From assembly GCA_002269645.1 (NCBI GenBank), contig NIVC01000850.1:124001-188000 (forward strand): a DNA stretch of 64,000 nucleotides, read 5' to 3'. Both the position numbers and the translations under genes were made by a program. The notes under the pieces are model-generated. The model did no database searches. It saw only the letters and a list, made by a program, of their open reading frames with translations, and had not been told where the DNA came from. Source of the stretch: Macrostomum lignano. Its lineage: Eukaryota. Below are positions 23,390-36,974 of this stretch, piece after piece. The stretch's first letter is position 1; each line of letters starts with the position of its first letter.

Positions 23390-23575
23390 GGGGGGGGGTC
23401 GCCACACGCACCCTCAATTACCGCAGCTAATGCTGGAACCCATTTTACAGCTGGGTGAACTGAAGCAATGCAGAGAGTTAAGTGTCTTGCTCAAGGACAC
23501 AAATTGTTCCGAGTGGATCGAGAATCGAACCCTCGACCTTCAAGTCCGACGCTCTGACCACTAGGCTACAACCCC
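23390..23575 (-). mobile_element. tRNA-derived SINE with CORE(MIR)-like central domain
   Basis: Minus strand GGGGTTGTAGCCTAGTGGTC (A box)...GGTTCGATTC (B box), then GTGTCCTTGAGCAAGACACTTAACTCTCTG...CAGTTCACCCAGCTGTAAAATGGG, similar to the recalled MIR core consensus. Confidence 0.75.
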
Positions 23576-23680
23576 TAGTTTCCTTAATAACAACTCTAAC
23601 CAACTCTAACTAACCAAGTGTAAGCTAAAATTGACTTGGAAGTCATCAACGAAAGTAGTTAAACACAGCTCAAAGAGTAC

Positions 23681-24556
23681 CTCATCAGCATTTCCATTGG
23701 CGTAAATTGGTTCAGGCGGCTGGCCGCAGTGCAACGGCAGTCGAACGCAATTGGAATCTTTGGCTGTATTATTAGTATTGGACGATGCGTCTAAGGAAGA
23801 AACCGCTTGAGCTTGATCAACTGCAGACAATTGAACAGCCTCCTCAATCTCTAATGCGTTATTATTTCCAGAGGCTAGTGGATTAGAATTGCCGTAACGA
23901 ACTCTGTGATAAAAAGATCGCACAGCCCAACAGATGTAGATGTTCATTAGGCTGACTAGTAGGCCAGGTAGCAAAGCGGTAATAATGCTATCCGCCACTG
24001 ACCAAGCGATTCGTTGCGCTCGAATTCGACAAAAATGACCCTTTGAAAGTATCGGCTCGGGTTTGTAGTCGATCAATACGAACACGTGACAGCTCCAGAG
24101 TAGGCCTAAGAGCAGCACAGTCAGTATAAGATGTCGAGCTTTCTGTTCAGCTATACGCCTAGTATAGCAATGCGGCAAACTGATGCACAGGAACCGGTCT
24201 AGACTGAGACCAATTATAAGCCAAGGACTAAGGAAAGTCAACAGGCTGTAGGAATAAGTAATCATGTAGCAGCTGAGCAGGTGACTATCATGTAGCTGGG
24301 TGAGGCCGGTAAGAAGGTAGCTAAATAATAGCAGAAGATCGACAGCGGACAATAGGCGAAGCACGCGGGAGAGATAGTGCTTGCGTACCGGACTGTTGCA
24401 GAATACACAGAAATTAATTAGATTGATAGCAATGCCCAGTCCAGAGACTATTGTGCTAGTTTTAAGAATCACGCTGAAGGCTTGGACCAGCAGATACTGA
24501 GGCTGCTGTTGTTGCGAGTCGGCAGTCGAGTTTTCGAGCGTCAAGTTAGTATCCAT
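23681..24556 (-). CDS. Rhodopsin-class (peptide-type) GPCR, exon 1 (N-terminus to ICL3)
   Basis: MDTNLTLENST (N-glycosylation sequons), TM1 GIAINLINF, TM2 LSAVDLLL, TM3 LSLDRFLCI, TM4 LWSCH, TM5 LLPGLLVSLMN; donor GAG|gtactc; spliced CDS is 416 aa. Confidence 0.85.
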
Positions 24557-25074
24557 TGATAAGCTTTCGGTTTTAAAGCCGGATGTTTCGACAAGATGCA
24601 ATAAAGCAGACGATTGAAGTGGCAAGTTTATTGATGAAGGCAACAAAAGCTGTCAGCCGGATGGGACTTTTATATAAAGTTTAGATGGGACTGGAAACTG
24701 CAGTAAAGCCACTTCTTCATCTCATTGGATCATGTCTCTGTCCAACAGCAGGCCGGCTAGTGCATTAGAGCGCATCCCCAGTGCAGTCTAGTGCAGTAGA
24801 CAAATATACCTGCTCTGGGGACTAGCTAAGCTCACTGATCAATTCAGATCCGACAAGGCCAGCGCTGCCGACTGGACAGCCCTTTGGCAATCAAACAGAG
24901 CAGGCAGATGCCTGGGACCAGTTAATAATTGTGAAAGCGAATGTGCACTAATAAGAGAGAAGATAAACTACGGTGCATGCATTGCACTATATACTCGTAA
25001 GTAGCTGCTGCAAGCTACATTATAGATTAGTAAATGATTTTCTACGAAAATTTATCATAATTCTATATCACAGA

Positions 25075-25635
<561 letters not shown>

Positions 25636-26354
25636 AGACAAGCTACCTAAAGCAGCATTAACACTCCAGTTTGAGGTGATCCCTTTGCACTTCACGCATC
25701 ACGCGTTAAAAATCTGAATTTATTTCACGATTCTATTTCAATTAACGAAGATTAAATGAAGATTTGCACAAAGGCCTTCGCTACAATACAATACAATAGT
25801 GAACAATGCAACCCCCTATTGAAGATTACGAATCTGAATCGCGGCTTCTGAGCAGCACACAACGCATAATAGCAGACTTGTTAAGAGACGCGATTATTAG
25901 TTCGTTAACTTATTCAATTCAATGCCTTTGACAAACAATGCTTTTACTCGTAATTAATTAAACATCCAACAAAAGCAACGCAGCTCGAACGAGTTTATCT
26001 ATCTTCGGCAAGCTATTCGGCAAGCTAATTACTATAAATGCTCACCCAGTCGAATTATAGACAATATAGATCCGTCTCTGACTGGCCCAGTGCTCTGCGA
26101 TCATCTGCTGCTCAGCGCAGCTTGTAATTATGCCTAACTAAGACTTATCTCGAGTCGATATCTGTAATGCTCAGAAATATGCCTACAGTATAACTATGCT
26201 CAAAGTCAGTAGCAGTCAGTCAGTAGCAAGCAAAGTCAACAAGAAGTAAAAGTTTACTAGAAACAGGACTCAATTAGTGAGCTAATGCCAACGACTGATG
26301 AGTCTGCGTGAGCAGCAGTGCATTCCGTATCAATCATCAAAAAAATAATGAGTC

Positions 26355-26780
26355 GATTTTGACAATAAGTTGAAGTCGACAATGAGCTGATTTTGATAAT
26401 GAGCTGAAGTCGATAATGAGCAGAAGTAGATAATGAGCGGATGTCGACAATGAGCTTTGATAATGAGCTGATGTCGATAATGAGCTGAAGTAGATAATGA
26501 GAGGATGTCGATAATGAGCTTCGATAATGAGCTTCGATAATGAGCTGAAGTAGATAATGAGCTGATTTCTACAATGAGCTGAAGTCAATAATGAGCTTCG
26601 ACAATGAGCCGATTTTGATAATGAGCTGATATCGATAATGAGCTGATGTCGATAATGATCCGATGTCGATAATGATCCGATGTCGATAATGAGCTGATGT
26701 CGATAATGATCCGATGTCGATAATGAGCTGAAGTCGATAATGAGCTGATGTCGATAATGAGCGGATGTCGACAATAATAA
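26355..26780. repeat. ~17-bp degenerate minisatellite (GATAATGAGCTGATGTC)n
   Basis: Direct inspection. Confidence 0.88.
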
Positions 26781-27554
26781 TGAGTCATTCTAAGGTAAAG
26801 TCGACAGAAGTCATAAAAACCTAACAGATTATGTAGCTAGAATTTCGCTTAAAAATAGTACCTGCGCGTCGCAGTAAAAGCATAATAAGGTTTTACGCCG
26901 CAGCACGACTAGGCAGGCTATCAACAATATCCTGAGAGCTTCACCTCTTCTCCAAAGCCGATAATGAAACTCTTTGACAATGCCTTATCACAGAATAGAG
27001 CTGTACAACTAAGTATTGCGCTATTGCAAGCAACCCGGAAGCTAACATGCTGGGTAAAGATTGATACGGGAAAAATAGAGCAGCGACTGGACATGGCGTC
27101 TCGACCAAGCGATCTCAAACGACAATCTGCATTAGCAGTTGAAATTTAAATTTATTATTGATAAATAAATTTATTGATAGCTGAGGGTTTCGAGGAAAAG
27201 CTAGCAGCTTCGCCAGCAGACTCTTTTGTGTCGAAACCGCCTCGACCAGGCCCCACATCGGATAGCGATAGAGACAGGAAAAGAGAAAAAAAGTTTTTTT
27301 ATGACCCCGCATCAACTGATGCATGCTAAGCCCCGCTGCATAACAAACAACTGAATAGTTCAATTCAGGGGTTGGGGCCGCACATGCGGAAATGAAAAAT
27401 ATGGGAGAAAACATCAATTTGCATGAGTAAAAGCAATAAAGCAATTTAATAGCCAACAAGTAAATGGGAAACAGAGCTACGGTATTGTTTCAACCCAACC
27501 AAAGCCTCATTGGCCAAAGAGGACACAGCAGGAGAAAAACCCTAAGCGTTAGAA

Positions 27555-28190
<636 letters not shown>

Positions 28191-28264
28191 GAGACAGGCA
28201 CGGCAAACTCACCGATTTGGCACGCGAGTAAGTGTGAAGGCGGCAGAGACACAGGGAACGGCGC

Positions 28265-28735
28265 TCAGATGTCGAGAATAACAAAGACTTCGTGCTGCTC
28301 GGGCTCGTCATAGATCTGCATATTGGAGTAGGTGATGGCCTTGACCTCAGTGCCCTGCGGATGCTTGCCAAGCTCGAACGGCTCCCCGTAGCCCACAGAT
28401 CGAATCCGAAAATTAGCGGCGTCGAATTCGACAATTCGAACTATTCGAGGAAAAAAGAAATCGTCGGCGCTAAACGCGAATAGCCATTCGTCGAGAAAGT
28501 GAAATAACAAAGACTGCAAGTCGTCGCCCTCGGCTGACACCTCCAAGCGATGCGTCAGAGACACCGAGCTGTAGTCGGTTGTCATGTAGTTAAACATCGC
28601 CATGGCAACCTGCTCGAATGTCTGCGCCAGACTGTTACCCCAGGCGTGCAGCTGGACATCGGCTGTGTGGTCCAAGTATTCGAATTGGCACTCGGGCACT
28701 GCGGGTGGACATTCTGAATCGGTGAGCTGCTCCAT
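28265..28735 (-). CDS. ZBTB8OS: Archease (tRNA-ligase RtcB cofactor), single coding exon, 156 aa
   Basis: FEYLDHTADVQLHAWG, LFHFLDEWLF, GEPFELGKHPQGTEVKAITYSNMQI and C-terminal ILDI*, all canonical archease motifs. Confidence 0.95.
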   Translation of the reverse strand: MEQLTDSECPPAVPECQFEYLDHTADVQLHAWGNSLAQTFEQVAMAMFNYMTTDYSSVSLTHRLEVSAEGDDLQSLLFHFLDEWLFAFSADDFFFPRIVRIVEFDAANFRIRSVGYGEPFELGKHPQGTEVKAITYSNMQIYDEPEQHEVFVILDI

Positions 28736-28779
28736 GCGGCTGGCTGGAAAAGAGATTGGCTTGAACTGTAAGGGAATTC

Positions 28780-29310
28780 CTGTATTTACCATAGACTAGA
28801 TTAGCAATTCATTCTATTCCTGTATTTACCATAGACTAGATTAGCAATTCATTCTATTCCTGTATTTACCATAGACTAGATTAGCAATTCATTCTATTCC
28901 TGTATTTACCATAGACTAGATTAGCAATTTATTCTATTCCTGTATTTACCATAGACTAGATTAGCAATTCATTTTATTCCTGTATTTACCATAGACTAGA
29001 TTAGCAATTCATTCTATTCCTGCATTTACCATAGACTAGATTAGCAATTCATTCTATTCCTGTATTTACCATAGACTAGATTAGCAATTCATTCTATTCC
29101 TGTATTTACCATAGACTAGATTAGCAATTCATTCTATTTCTGTATTTAACATAGACTAGATTAGCAATTCATTCTATTCCTGTATTTACTATAGACTAGA
29201 TTAGCAATTTATTCTATTCCTGTATTTACCATAGACTAGATTAGCAATTCATTCTATCCCGGTATTTACCATAGACTAGATTAGCAATTCATTCTATTCC
29301 GGTATTTACG
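28780..29310. repeat. 40-bp minisatellite upstream of archease (~13 copies)
   Basis: Unit CCTGTATTTACCATAGACTAGATTAGCAATTCATTCTATT. Confidence 0.95.
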
Positions 29311-29904
29311 ATCAAATGAAATGGCGCCCCCTATCCAATGAAATGGCACCCAATATCAAATGAAATGGCACCCCCTATAAAATAAAATGGCACCTCCAAG
29401 AAGCACCCCCTTCCGTAGAATTACTTTTTAAACCCTCGATTTAATCTATCAAATTTGAATTTCACTAATCTGAAAACCACCAGGGGGAATCAAGGATTAT
29501 AGGGATCTTATCCAATTTAATCATTGATAATACAATATACTTTAATTGTGTCATTTGCCATCACAAAAATTAATCAGTTCAATACCTGAAAAAGTCATTG
29601 AGTAAGTTTTTTTTACAGACCTGCAGACGTAAACAAGGCAATTAGGGCATGAAGTACTTTCTTTAGTATAATAGTACTGCATATATCTCAGCGCCTTTGG
29701 GGGGTTGCTTGTCAAAGAGTCTAAATTACACCGCAACACGGAATAGAACCCGACATTTTTGATGGGTAAGTCACGTCAGAAACTTCTAATGCTGTTTTTT
29801 ACCTTGATAATAGTCTTGCTTTTTATAGAATAATTACAACTTATAGGTTTTGACATATCTGAGCTAAATAATAACTCAACCTATCAATCAATTACCTGAA
29901 CATT

Positions 29905-31705
29905 TAACTAAACAGCTAATTAATCAAACAGTTCATCAATCAAACAGCTCATCAATCAAGCAGCTAATCAATCAAACAGCTCATCAATCAAACAGCTCAT
30001 CAATCAAACAGCTCATCAATCAAACAGTCCATCAATCAAACAGCTCATCAATCAAACAGTCCATCAATCAAACAGCTCATCAATCAAACAGCTCATCAAT
30101 CAAACAGTTCATCAATCAAACAGCTCATCAATCAAGCAGCTAATCAATCAAACAGCTCATCAATCAAACAGCTCATCAATCAAGCAGCTAATCAATCAAA
30201 CAGCTCATCAATCAAACAGCTCATCAATCAAACAGCTCATCAATCAAACAGTCCATCAATCAAACAGCTCATCAATCAAGCAGCTCATCAATCAAACAGT
30301 CCATCAATCAAACAGCTCATCAATCAAACAGCTCATCAATCAAACAGCTCACCAATCAAGCAGCTCACCAATCAAGCAGCTCATCAATCAAACAGTCCAT
30401 CAATCAAACAGTCCATCAATCAAACAGTCCATCAATCAAACAGCTCACCAATCAAACAGTCCATCAATCAAACAGTCCATCAATCAAACAGCTCATCAAT
30501 CAAACAGTCCATCAATCAAGCAGCTCATCAATCAAACAGCTCACCAATCAAACAGTCCATCAATCAAGCAGCCCATCAATCAAACAGCTCATCAATTAAA
30601 CAGCTCATCAATCAAACAGTCCATCAATCAAACAGCTCATCAATCTAACAGCTCATCAATCAAACAGCTCATCAATCAAACAGTCCATCAATCAAACAGC
30701 TCATCAATCAAACAGCTCATCAATCAAACAGCTCATCAATCAAACAGCTCATCAATCAAACAGCTCATCAATCAAACAGCTCATCAATCAAACAGCTCAT
30801 CAATCAAACAGTCCATCAATCAAACAGCTCATCAATCAAACAGCTCATCAATCAAACAGCTCATCAATCAAGCAGCTCATCAATCAAACAGTCCATCAAT
30901 CAAACAGTCCATCAATCAAACAGCTCATCAATCAAACAGCTCATCAATCAAACAGTCCATCAATCAAGCAGCTCATCAATCAAACAGCTCATCAATCAAA
31001 CAGCTCATCAATCAAACAGTCCATCAATCAAACAGCTCATCAATCAAACAGTCCATCAATCAAGCAGCTCATCAATCAAGCAGCTCATCAATCAAACAGC
31101 TCATCAATCAAACAGTCCATCAATCAAACAGCTCATCAATCTAACAGCTCATCAATAAAATAGCTCATCAATCAAACAGCTCATCAATCAAACAGTCCAT
31201 CAATCAAACAGCTCATCAATCAAGCAGCTCATTAATCAAACAGCTCATCAATCAAACAGCTCATCAATCAAACAGTCCATCAATCAAACAGCTCACCAAT
31301 CAAACAGTCCATCAATCAAACAGCTCATCAATCAAGCAGCTCATCAATCAAACAGCTCATCAATCAAACAGTCCATCAATCAAACAGCTCATCAATCTAA
31401 CAGCTCATCAATAAAATAGCTCATCAATTAAACAGTCCATCAATCAAACAGCTCATCAATCAAGCAGCTCATCAATTAAACAGTCCATCAATCAAACAGC
31501 TCATCAATCAAACAGCTCATCAATCAAACAGCTCATCAATCAAGCAGCTCATCAATCAAACAGCTCATCAATCAAACAGTCCATCAATCAAACAGCTCAT
31601 CAATCAAACAGCTCATCAATCAAACAGCTCATCAATCAAACAGCTCATCAATCAAACAGTCCATCAATCAAGCAGCCCATCAATCAAACAGCTCATCAAT
31701 CAAAC
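29905..31705. repeat. 16-bp satellite (ATCAATCAAACAGCTC)n, ~110 copies
   Basis: Direct inspection; lies between the PRMT3 stop and archease. Confidence 0.97.
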
Positions 31706-31943
31706 CAATCAATCACTAATCTGAATCCAAGTTTTATTAGCTTTTAACCAGCGGACTGAATTTTCCTAACAACCTAAACTAAAAAATACAATTATTTAAA
31801 AGTAAAAAGTAATTTGATAAACTTAAAAAACGTTATTCTGTCCAGAAAAATAAAAATGCACTCAAATTTCGTTCTCATTATCTGGATCATTCCTCTCACA
31901 ATAGATTTATCAGCCAAGTCACATAAGTCAATGATTAGCTAGG

Positions 31944-32114
31944 CTAATCCATTCTAAACTCGCTCCGGGTTCCGTTGCTCCAATCGAATTCGACCAGAAG
32001 ACTTCGCGGGCTGTCATGGGGCGGCAAAATGCTGACGTAGAATTCCAAGACTTGCCCGCTGGACAGACTGATTGGCGAACGGAGATAGAATACCGTCTGG
32101 CCCCAGTGCGTTAC
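31944..32114 (-). CDS. PRMT3: Protein arginine N-methyltransferase 3, exon 6
   Basis: gacgcag|VTHWGQTVFYLRSPI...SEFRMD*, carrying the PRMT THW loop. Confidence 0.9.
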   Translation of the reverse strand, partial: VTHWGQTVFYLRSPISLSSGQVLEFYVSILPPHDSPRSLLVEFDWSNGTRSEFRMD

Positions 32115-32159
32115 CTGCGTCAGGGTGGGTTACGCGACAGCTCTGGGATTTATAATCAG

Positions 32160-32822
32160 GCATCTAGGATCAGGGATCTAGGACCAGGGATCTAGGATCT
32201 GGGATCTAGGATCTGGGATCTAGGATCTGGGATCTAGGATCTAGGATCTGGGATCTAGGACCAGGGATCTAGGATCTGGGATCTAGGACCAGGAATCTAG
32301 GATCTGGGATCTAGGATCTGGGATCTAGGACCAGGGATCTAGGATCTGGGATCTAGGATCTGGGATCTAGGATCTGGGATCTAGGATCTAGGATCTGGGA
32401 TCTAGGACCAGGGATCTAGGATCTGGGATCTAGGACCAGGAATCTAGGATCTGGGATCTAGGATCTGGGATCTAGGACCAGGGATCTAGGATCTGGGATC
32501 TAGGATCTGGGATCTGGGATATAGGATCTGGGATATAGGATCTGGGATCTAGGATCTGGGATCTGGGATATAGGATCTGGGATATAGGATCTGGGATCTA
32601 GGATCTGGGATCTAGGATCTGGGATCTGGGATCTAGGATCTGGGATCTAGGATCTGGGATCTAGGATCTGGGATCTAGGATCTGGAATCTGGGATCTAGG
32701 ATCTGGGATCTGGGATCTAGGATCTGGGATCTAGGATCTGGGATCTAGGATCTAGGATCTGGGATCTGGGATCTAGGATCTGGGATCTAGGATCTGGGAT
32801 CTAGGATCTAGGATCTGGGATT
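32160..32822. repeat. 7/14-bp microsatellite (GGATCTGGGATCTA)n in PRMT3 intron 5
   Basis: Direct inspection. Confidence 0.95.
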
Positions 32823-32914
32823 TCACATTGCCGCTAAATAAGAAGACGAAAAACTGTACGCTAACTTCCACTAGCACTAATGAGCCCTCAATCATGAGAT
32901 TTGCAGAACCTCAC

Positions 32915-33052
32915 CTGACTCAAAGGCCCCGTGCTAAAGCTGACATTAACGCCGGCGTCTCCATTACCGAGAAAATCAACATCAAAGTAGCCCACAATCG
33001 CGTGCAGCTTGCAGTCGCGCAAAGCCGTCAGCTGGACAGGCACTGACTCAAC
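32915..33052 (-). CDS. PRMT3: PRMT3 exon 5
   Basis: cccag|VESVPVQLTALRDCKLHAIVGYFDVDF...SFSTGPLSQ|gtgagg; phase 0-0. Confidence 0.9.
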
Positions 33053-33479
33053 CTGGGAGGAAATAATTTCGCAATAATATGCAGAATGTAGAATGGCATG
33101 CGATTGTGCACTACTAGCAGTAGAGCGAATAGGATCTTTCTGTTGAAAACGAAGGTTAATCTTGAAAGTAAATTAGCTAAAAGTAACTTTTGGTTGGTCA
33201 ATTTACCGCAGTTGAATTTTCGAAAAAGCGAATTTACGTTAATTAAAAACGGACACTTCGTAGGTTAATTTCGGTAACAAACTGGTAAATTAAAGTAAAT
33301 TTACCCTCCGTAAAGTAACGTTTATTTACCCAAAATTACGTTAATCCACCATCAGGCTATTAGTTAATTAACCCCCCAATATTAACCCTCGTTTTCAACG
33401 GGGTACATTATACATAAATTAATGGAGGATGTGGGAGGGCAACCAACAAATGGGGATCTGGGAGGGCACCAGAAAATGG

Positions 33480-33955
33480 GGGTCTGGGAGCATCTAAGAG
33501 ATCTAGCAATCAAGGATCTGCGAGGCTGGCCCAGCAACTGATTGTCTGGGAAGTTGGCCCAGCAACTGACACTTTGGGAGGCTGGCCCAGTAACTGAGGA
33601 TCTGGGAGGCCCAGCAACTGAGAATCTGGAAGTCTGGCCTAGCAACTGAGGATCCGGGAGGCTGGTCCAGCAACTGAGGATCTTGTAGGCTGGCCCAGCA
33701 ACTGAGGATCTAGGAGGCTGGCCCAGCAACTGAGGATCCGGGAGGCTGGCTCAGCAACTGACACTCTGGGAGGCTGGCCCAGGAACTGAGAATCTGGGAG
33801 GCTGGCCAGCAACTGACACTCTGGGAGGCTGGCCTAGCAACTGAGGATCTGGGAGGCTGGCCTAGCAACTGAGGATCTGGGAGGCTGGCCCAGCAACTGG
33901 GGATCTGGGAGGCTGGCCCAGCAACTGACACTATGGGAGGCTGGCCCAGCAACTA
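33480..33955. repeat. 28-bp minisatellite in PRMT3 intron 4, same unit as 5840-6662
   Basis: GGGAGGCTGGCCCAGCAACTGAGGATCT units. Confidence 0.93.
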
Positions 33956-33973
33956 AATGCCTGAGAGGCGCAC

Positions 33974-34235
33974 CTTAGCGGAGGTGTAGGCACTGGCTGT
34001 TAGCATGTCGATGCTGCACACCAGAGCAGAACTGGTGGCCACCCAATCCGATTGTAAATCGTAGGCCACGTGAGGCTCGCTAAGGCATCGCTCTTTCAAG
34101 AAGGACACCCGTACGCCATAGACATTGTCAAAATATAGAGCGTTGCGCTGGTACAACTCCTCAGAATCAATGCCGCACAATAGTAGATTGCAAATCCGAG
34201 GGTAGACTGCACCGCCAGGTTTGAGACAATGGTCT
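33974..34235 (-). CDS. PRMT3: PRMT3 exon 4
   Basis: acaccag|(R)DHCLKPGGAVYP...YFDNVYGVRVSFLKERCLSEPHV...TSAK|gtgcgc; phase 2 in, phase 0 out. Confidence 0.9.
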
Positions 34236-35280
34236 CTGGTGTAGTAGGAAAGGGAGGGAGTAGATTATATCACAGAATATTCTGTGAGATAATATAAGCT
34301 GTTTCAAAGGAATCACAATATCACACAAATTTTAGACACTGTTCGTCATTTTTAAGTAAAAACATATAATCTATTTCATTTTGCCACTACTTGAGTGATT
34401 AGAATACACACTACACATCGGCGAGTGGCTTTTGACAGTCTAACTATCAAGTAGCATAACGAAAATATTAATATTTTTAAAAAGAATAAGCAGTGAGATA
34501 ATGGCAAGACTTTTTAAAGGAATACGACACCCCATTCTCTCACATTATCGCAAGATACTCGGCACATCGCTACAATCAAAGATCGTGTAATATTGGAGGA
34601 TAATTTCTTGAAAAACTTCAATGCGGAGATAGGGAAAATCATTTTTTTTTCATCACAAATCAATTGATTGAATTTGACCTGGTGTAGTGAAGACGACCAT
34701 TTTTTATTTAGCACGTTACATGTCACATGTTACTACTCTGCTGTATTTTATATAGTTGTGCAGCGAAAGGTTTATCTTCATATTGTTTTCTTTTTTATTT
34801 CATAAGCCCAAGCCTAAGTTGTACGAGTAATTCAATACTCACAAGTTATTTTTTTGTGTTTTGTTCCTTCTTGACTCAAAATTTGTGATAACACTGTTGC
34901 ATGTAGCTATGTTGCAATTTTCCCTAAGCTAAGCCTTGGATTCAAAATTTATATAGCTTTCGAAAGATACTATGAAAAAATGGTATTGGTAAAGATTGTC
35001 TACATTTTATTATTTATTTTGTGATGAAAACAATTACAAAGTAAGACGTAGTACTACAGTGGTCCTTGGATGGAAACTTGGAAAATAAGTTGCTAAGTGT
35101 AAACAATGGCCACTGCAAAAGGCTGAGGAGGATTTGCCTCGTTTCCAAGCTCCTGTTTATCTGCTCTATAGCTTCTAAGCAGCAGCCAATCACAAGAGCG
35201 ACTTGATTTCTATACAAAAATGTGTGATTAAATGGATTTTCGGCAAGAATTATTTTGAATCTATTTTACCAGAGCTAGTC

Positions 35281-36036
35281 ATGAAATTATCACTAATATT
35301 ATTAATACTAATAAATCTTGGAAGCTCCAACGGCCAAAATCAATGCTTAGTAAGAAGTACTTTTACTGAAATCGATGGATATCTCTGCATTAATAGTCGG
35401 TACAGACAGGTATACGGCCTAGTAACTCTGCAGTTAGGTTGCGCAATTCTATGTAGCCACAACCGGCGCTGTCAGGCGTTCAGCCTGGCTGACGGTCCGT
35501 GCCAGCTGTTCGTGTTCGACAAGTGCAGCAAGTCGGTGAGGGACTGCGGCTGCTCCAGGAGAGGCCGGGTGTTTGTGAAGCAGCAGCCGGGACTCGAGGC
35601 GGGCGCGCTGTGTCCGTCTGGCTACGGAGACGACCTGTGCGGAGTGAAGTACAAGGTGTACAGCGGCATCGGAGACTGGTCGGTGAGCAGGCAGAAGTGC
35701 GAGTCGGAGAGCGGCCTGGTGATCATGGCCGACGTGGTGGACGCCACCGAGATGAGCCACGTGGACTATATTTTCTCTGAAGGCAGCCCGACGAATTCCT
35801 TCTATCTCGGAGGATTTCAGCCCAATGGCAGCGCTGAGCCCGCCGGAGGCTGGTACTGGGTCGGCTGCAACATCACCCTGGACGGCAGCGTAGTCTGGGC
35901 TACTAATGAGCCTGACAACGGCGGAAACGAAAATGTCGTGTCTCGCTATCTAGGCAAAAACAAGCTGGTCGACGTCAGCGAAAACAGTTATTTGGTTTCC
36001 GCAGTGCTGTGCGAGTGCCTGTCGCCATTCAACTGA
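35281..36036 (+). CDS. Secreted PAN/apple + C-type lectin-like protein (251 aa, intronless), nested antisense in PRMT3 intron 3
   Basis: Signal peptide MKLSLILLILINLGSSNG; PAN-like CAILCSHNRRCQAFSL...CQLF; CTLD-like CPSGY...W..SRQKCE...FYLGG...WYW...WATNEPDN...CE. Confidence 0.8.
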   Translation: MKLSLILLILINLGSSNGQNQCLVRSTFTEIDGYLCINSRYRQVYGLVTLQLGCAILCSHNRRCQAFSLADGPCQLFVFDKCSKSVRDCGCSRRGRVFVKQQPGLEAGALCPSGYGDDLCGVKYKVYSGIGDWSVSRQKCESESGLVIMADVVDATEMSHVDYIFSEGSPTNSFYLGGFQPNGSAEPAGGWYWVGCNITLDGSVVWATNEPDNGGNENVVSRYLGKNKLVDVSENSYLVSAVLCECLSPFN

Positions 36037-36194
36037 CCATTTAACTATCTTGGAGCCTGACATAGAATACTTAAAAGAGTTCTCAAATAAATAAAAATCT
36101 TTAAACCCTATATTTAGAAAAGTTCGTCTCGTTTTTCTCAGTTTTTTCGCAGTCTCAACTGTACACAATGTAACAGCGCCAATAACAAATACAA

Positions 36195-36530
36195 CTTATC
36201 ACACACAGTGATTACTCCACACAGAGTATCACACACAGTGATTACTCCACACAGAGTATCCCACACAGTGATTACTCCACACAGAGTATCACACACAGTG
36301 ATTACCCCACACAGAGTATCCCACACAGTGATTACCCCACACAGAGTATCCCACACAGTGATTACTCCACACAGAGTATCCCACACAGTGATTACCCCAC
36401 ACAGAGTATCCCACACAGTGATTACCCCACAGAGTATCCCACACAGTGATTACTCCACACAGAGTATCCCACACAGTGATTACCCCACACAGAGTATCCC
36501 ACACAGTGATTACCCCACAGAGTATCCCAC
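36195..36530. repeat. 30-bp minisatellite (CACACAGTGATTACTCCACACAGAGTATCC)n
   Basis: 10-aa periodic ORFs (VITPHRVSHT). Confidence 0.93.
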
Positions 36531-36974
36531 AAATCATCGAAAGCCAAGAACAATTACAGTTTCAAACAATGCAAATATTGCCATACTATCAATCAGAGAA
36601 AAAAAAGTTTAAATTGTCAACAGGACAATTACCTGCTGAATAGCTATGGAAAATCAATACCCAATGAGGAATGAATTCTATTGTTTTGCAGTCATGGCAG
36701 ATTATACCAGAGATTAAATTGAAACAGTCGATATAGATTATATTTAGGCGCCGAAAAATGGTAAAAAAGCATTATAATCCTTTCGGAAATCGAATGCATC
36801 TCAGAAATGTATTGCAACGCAACACCTATACCTGCATTGTTATCGATTCAACTGACTGACTAGAGTCAGGATTCCGTTATTTCTTTCTATTGTTCTTAAC
36901 AACCAGATCAGAACCATCCGGCTCGAAAAATTTTATCTTAAATAATAATTTTCATTTTGCTTTTAATTAGCTGC

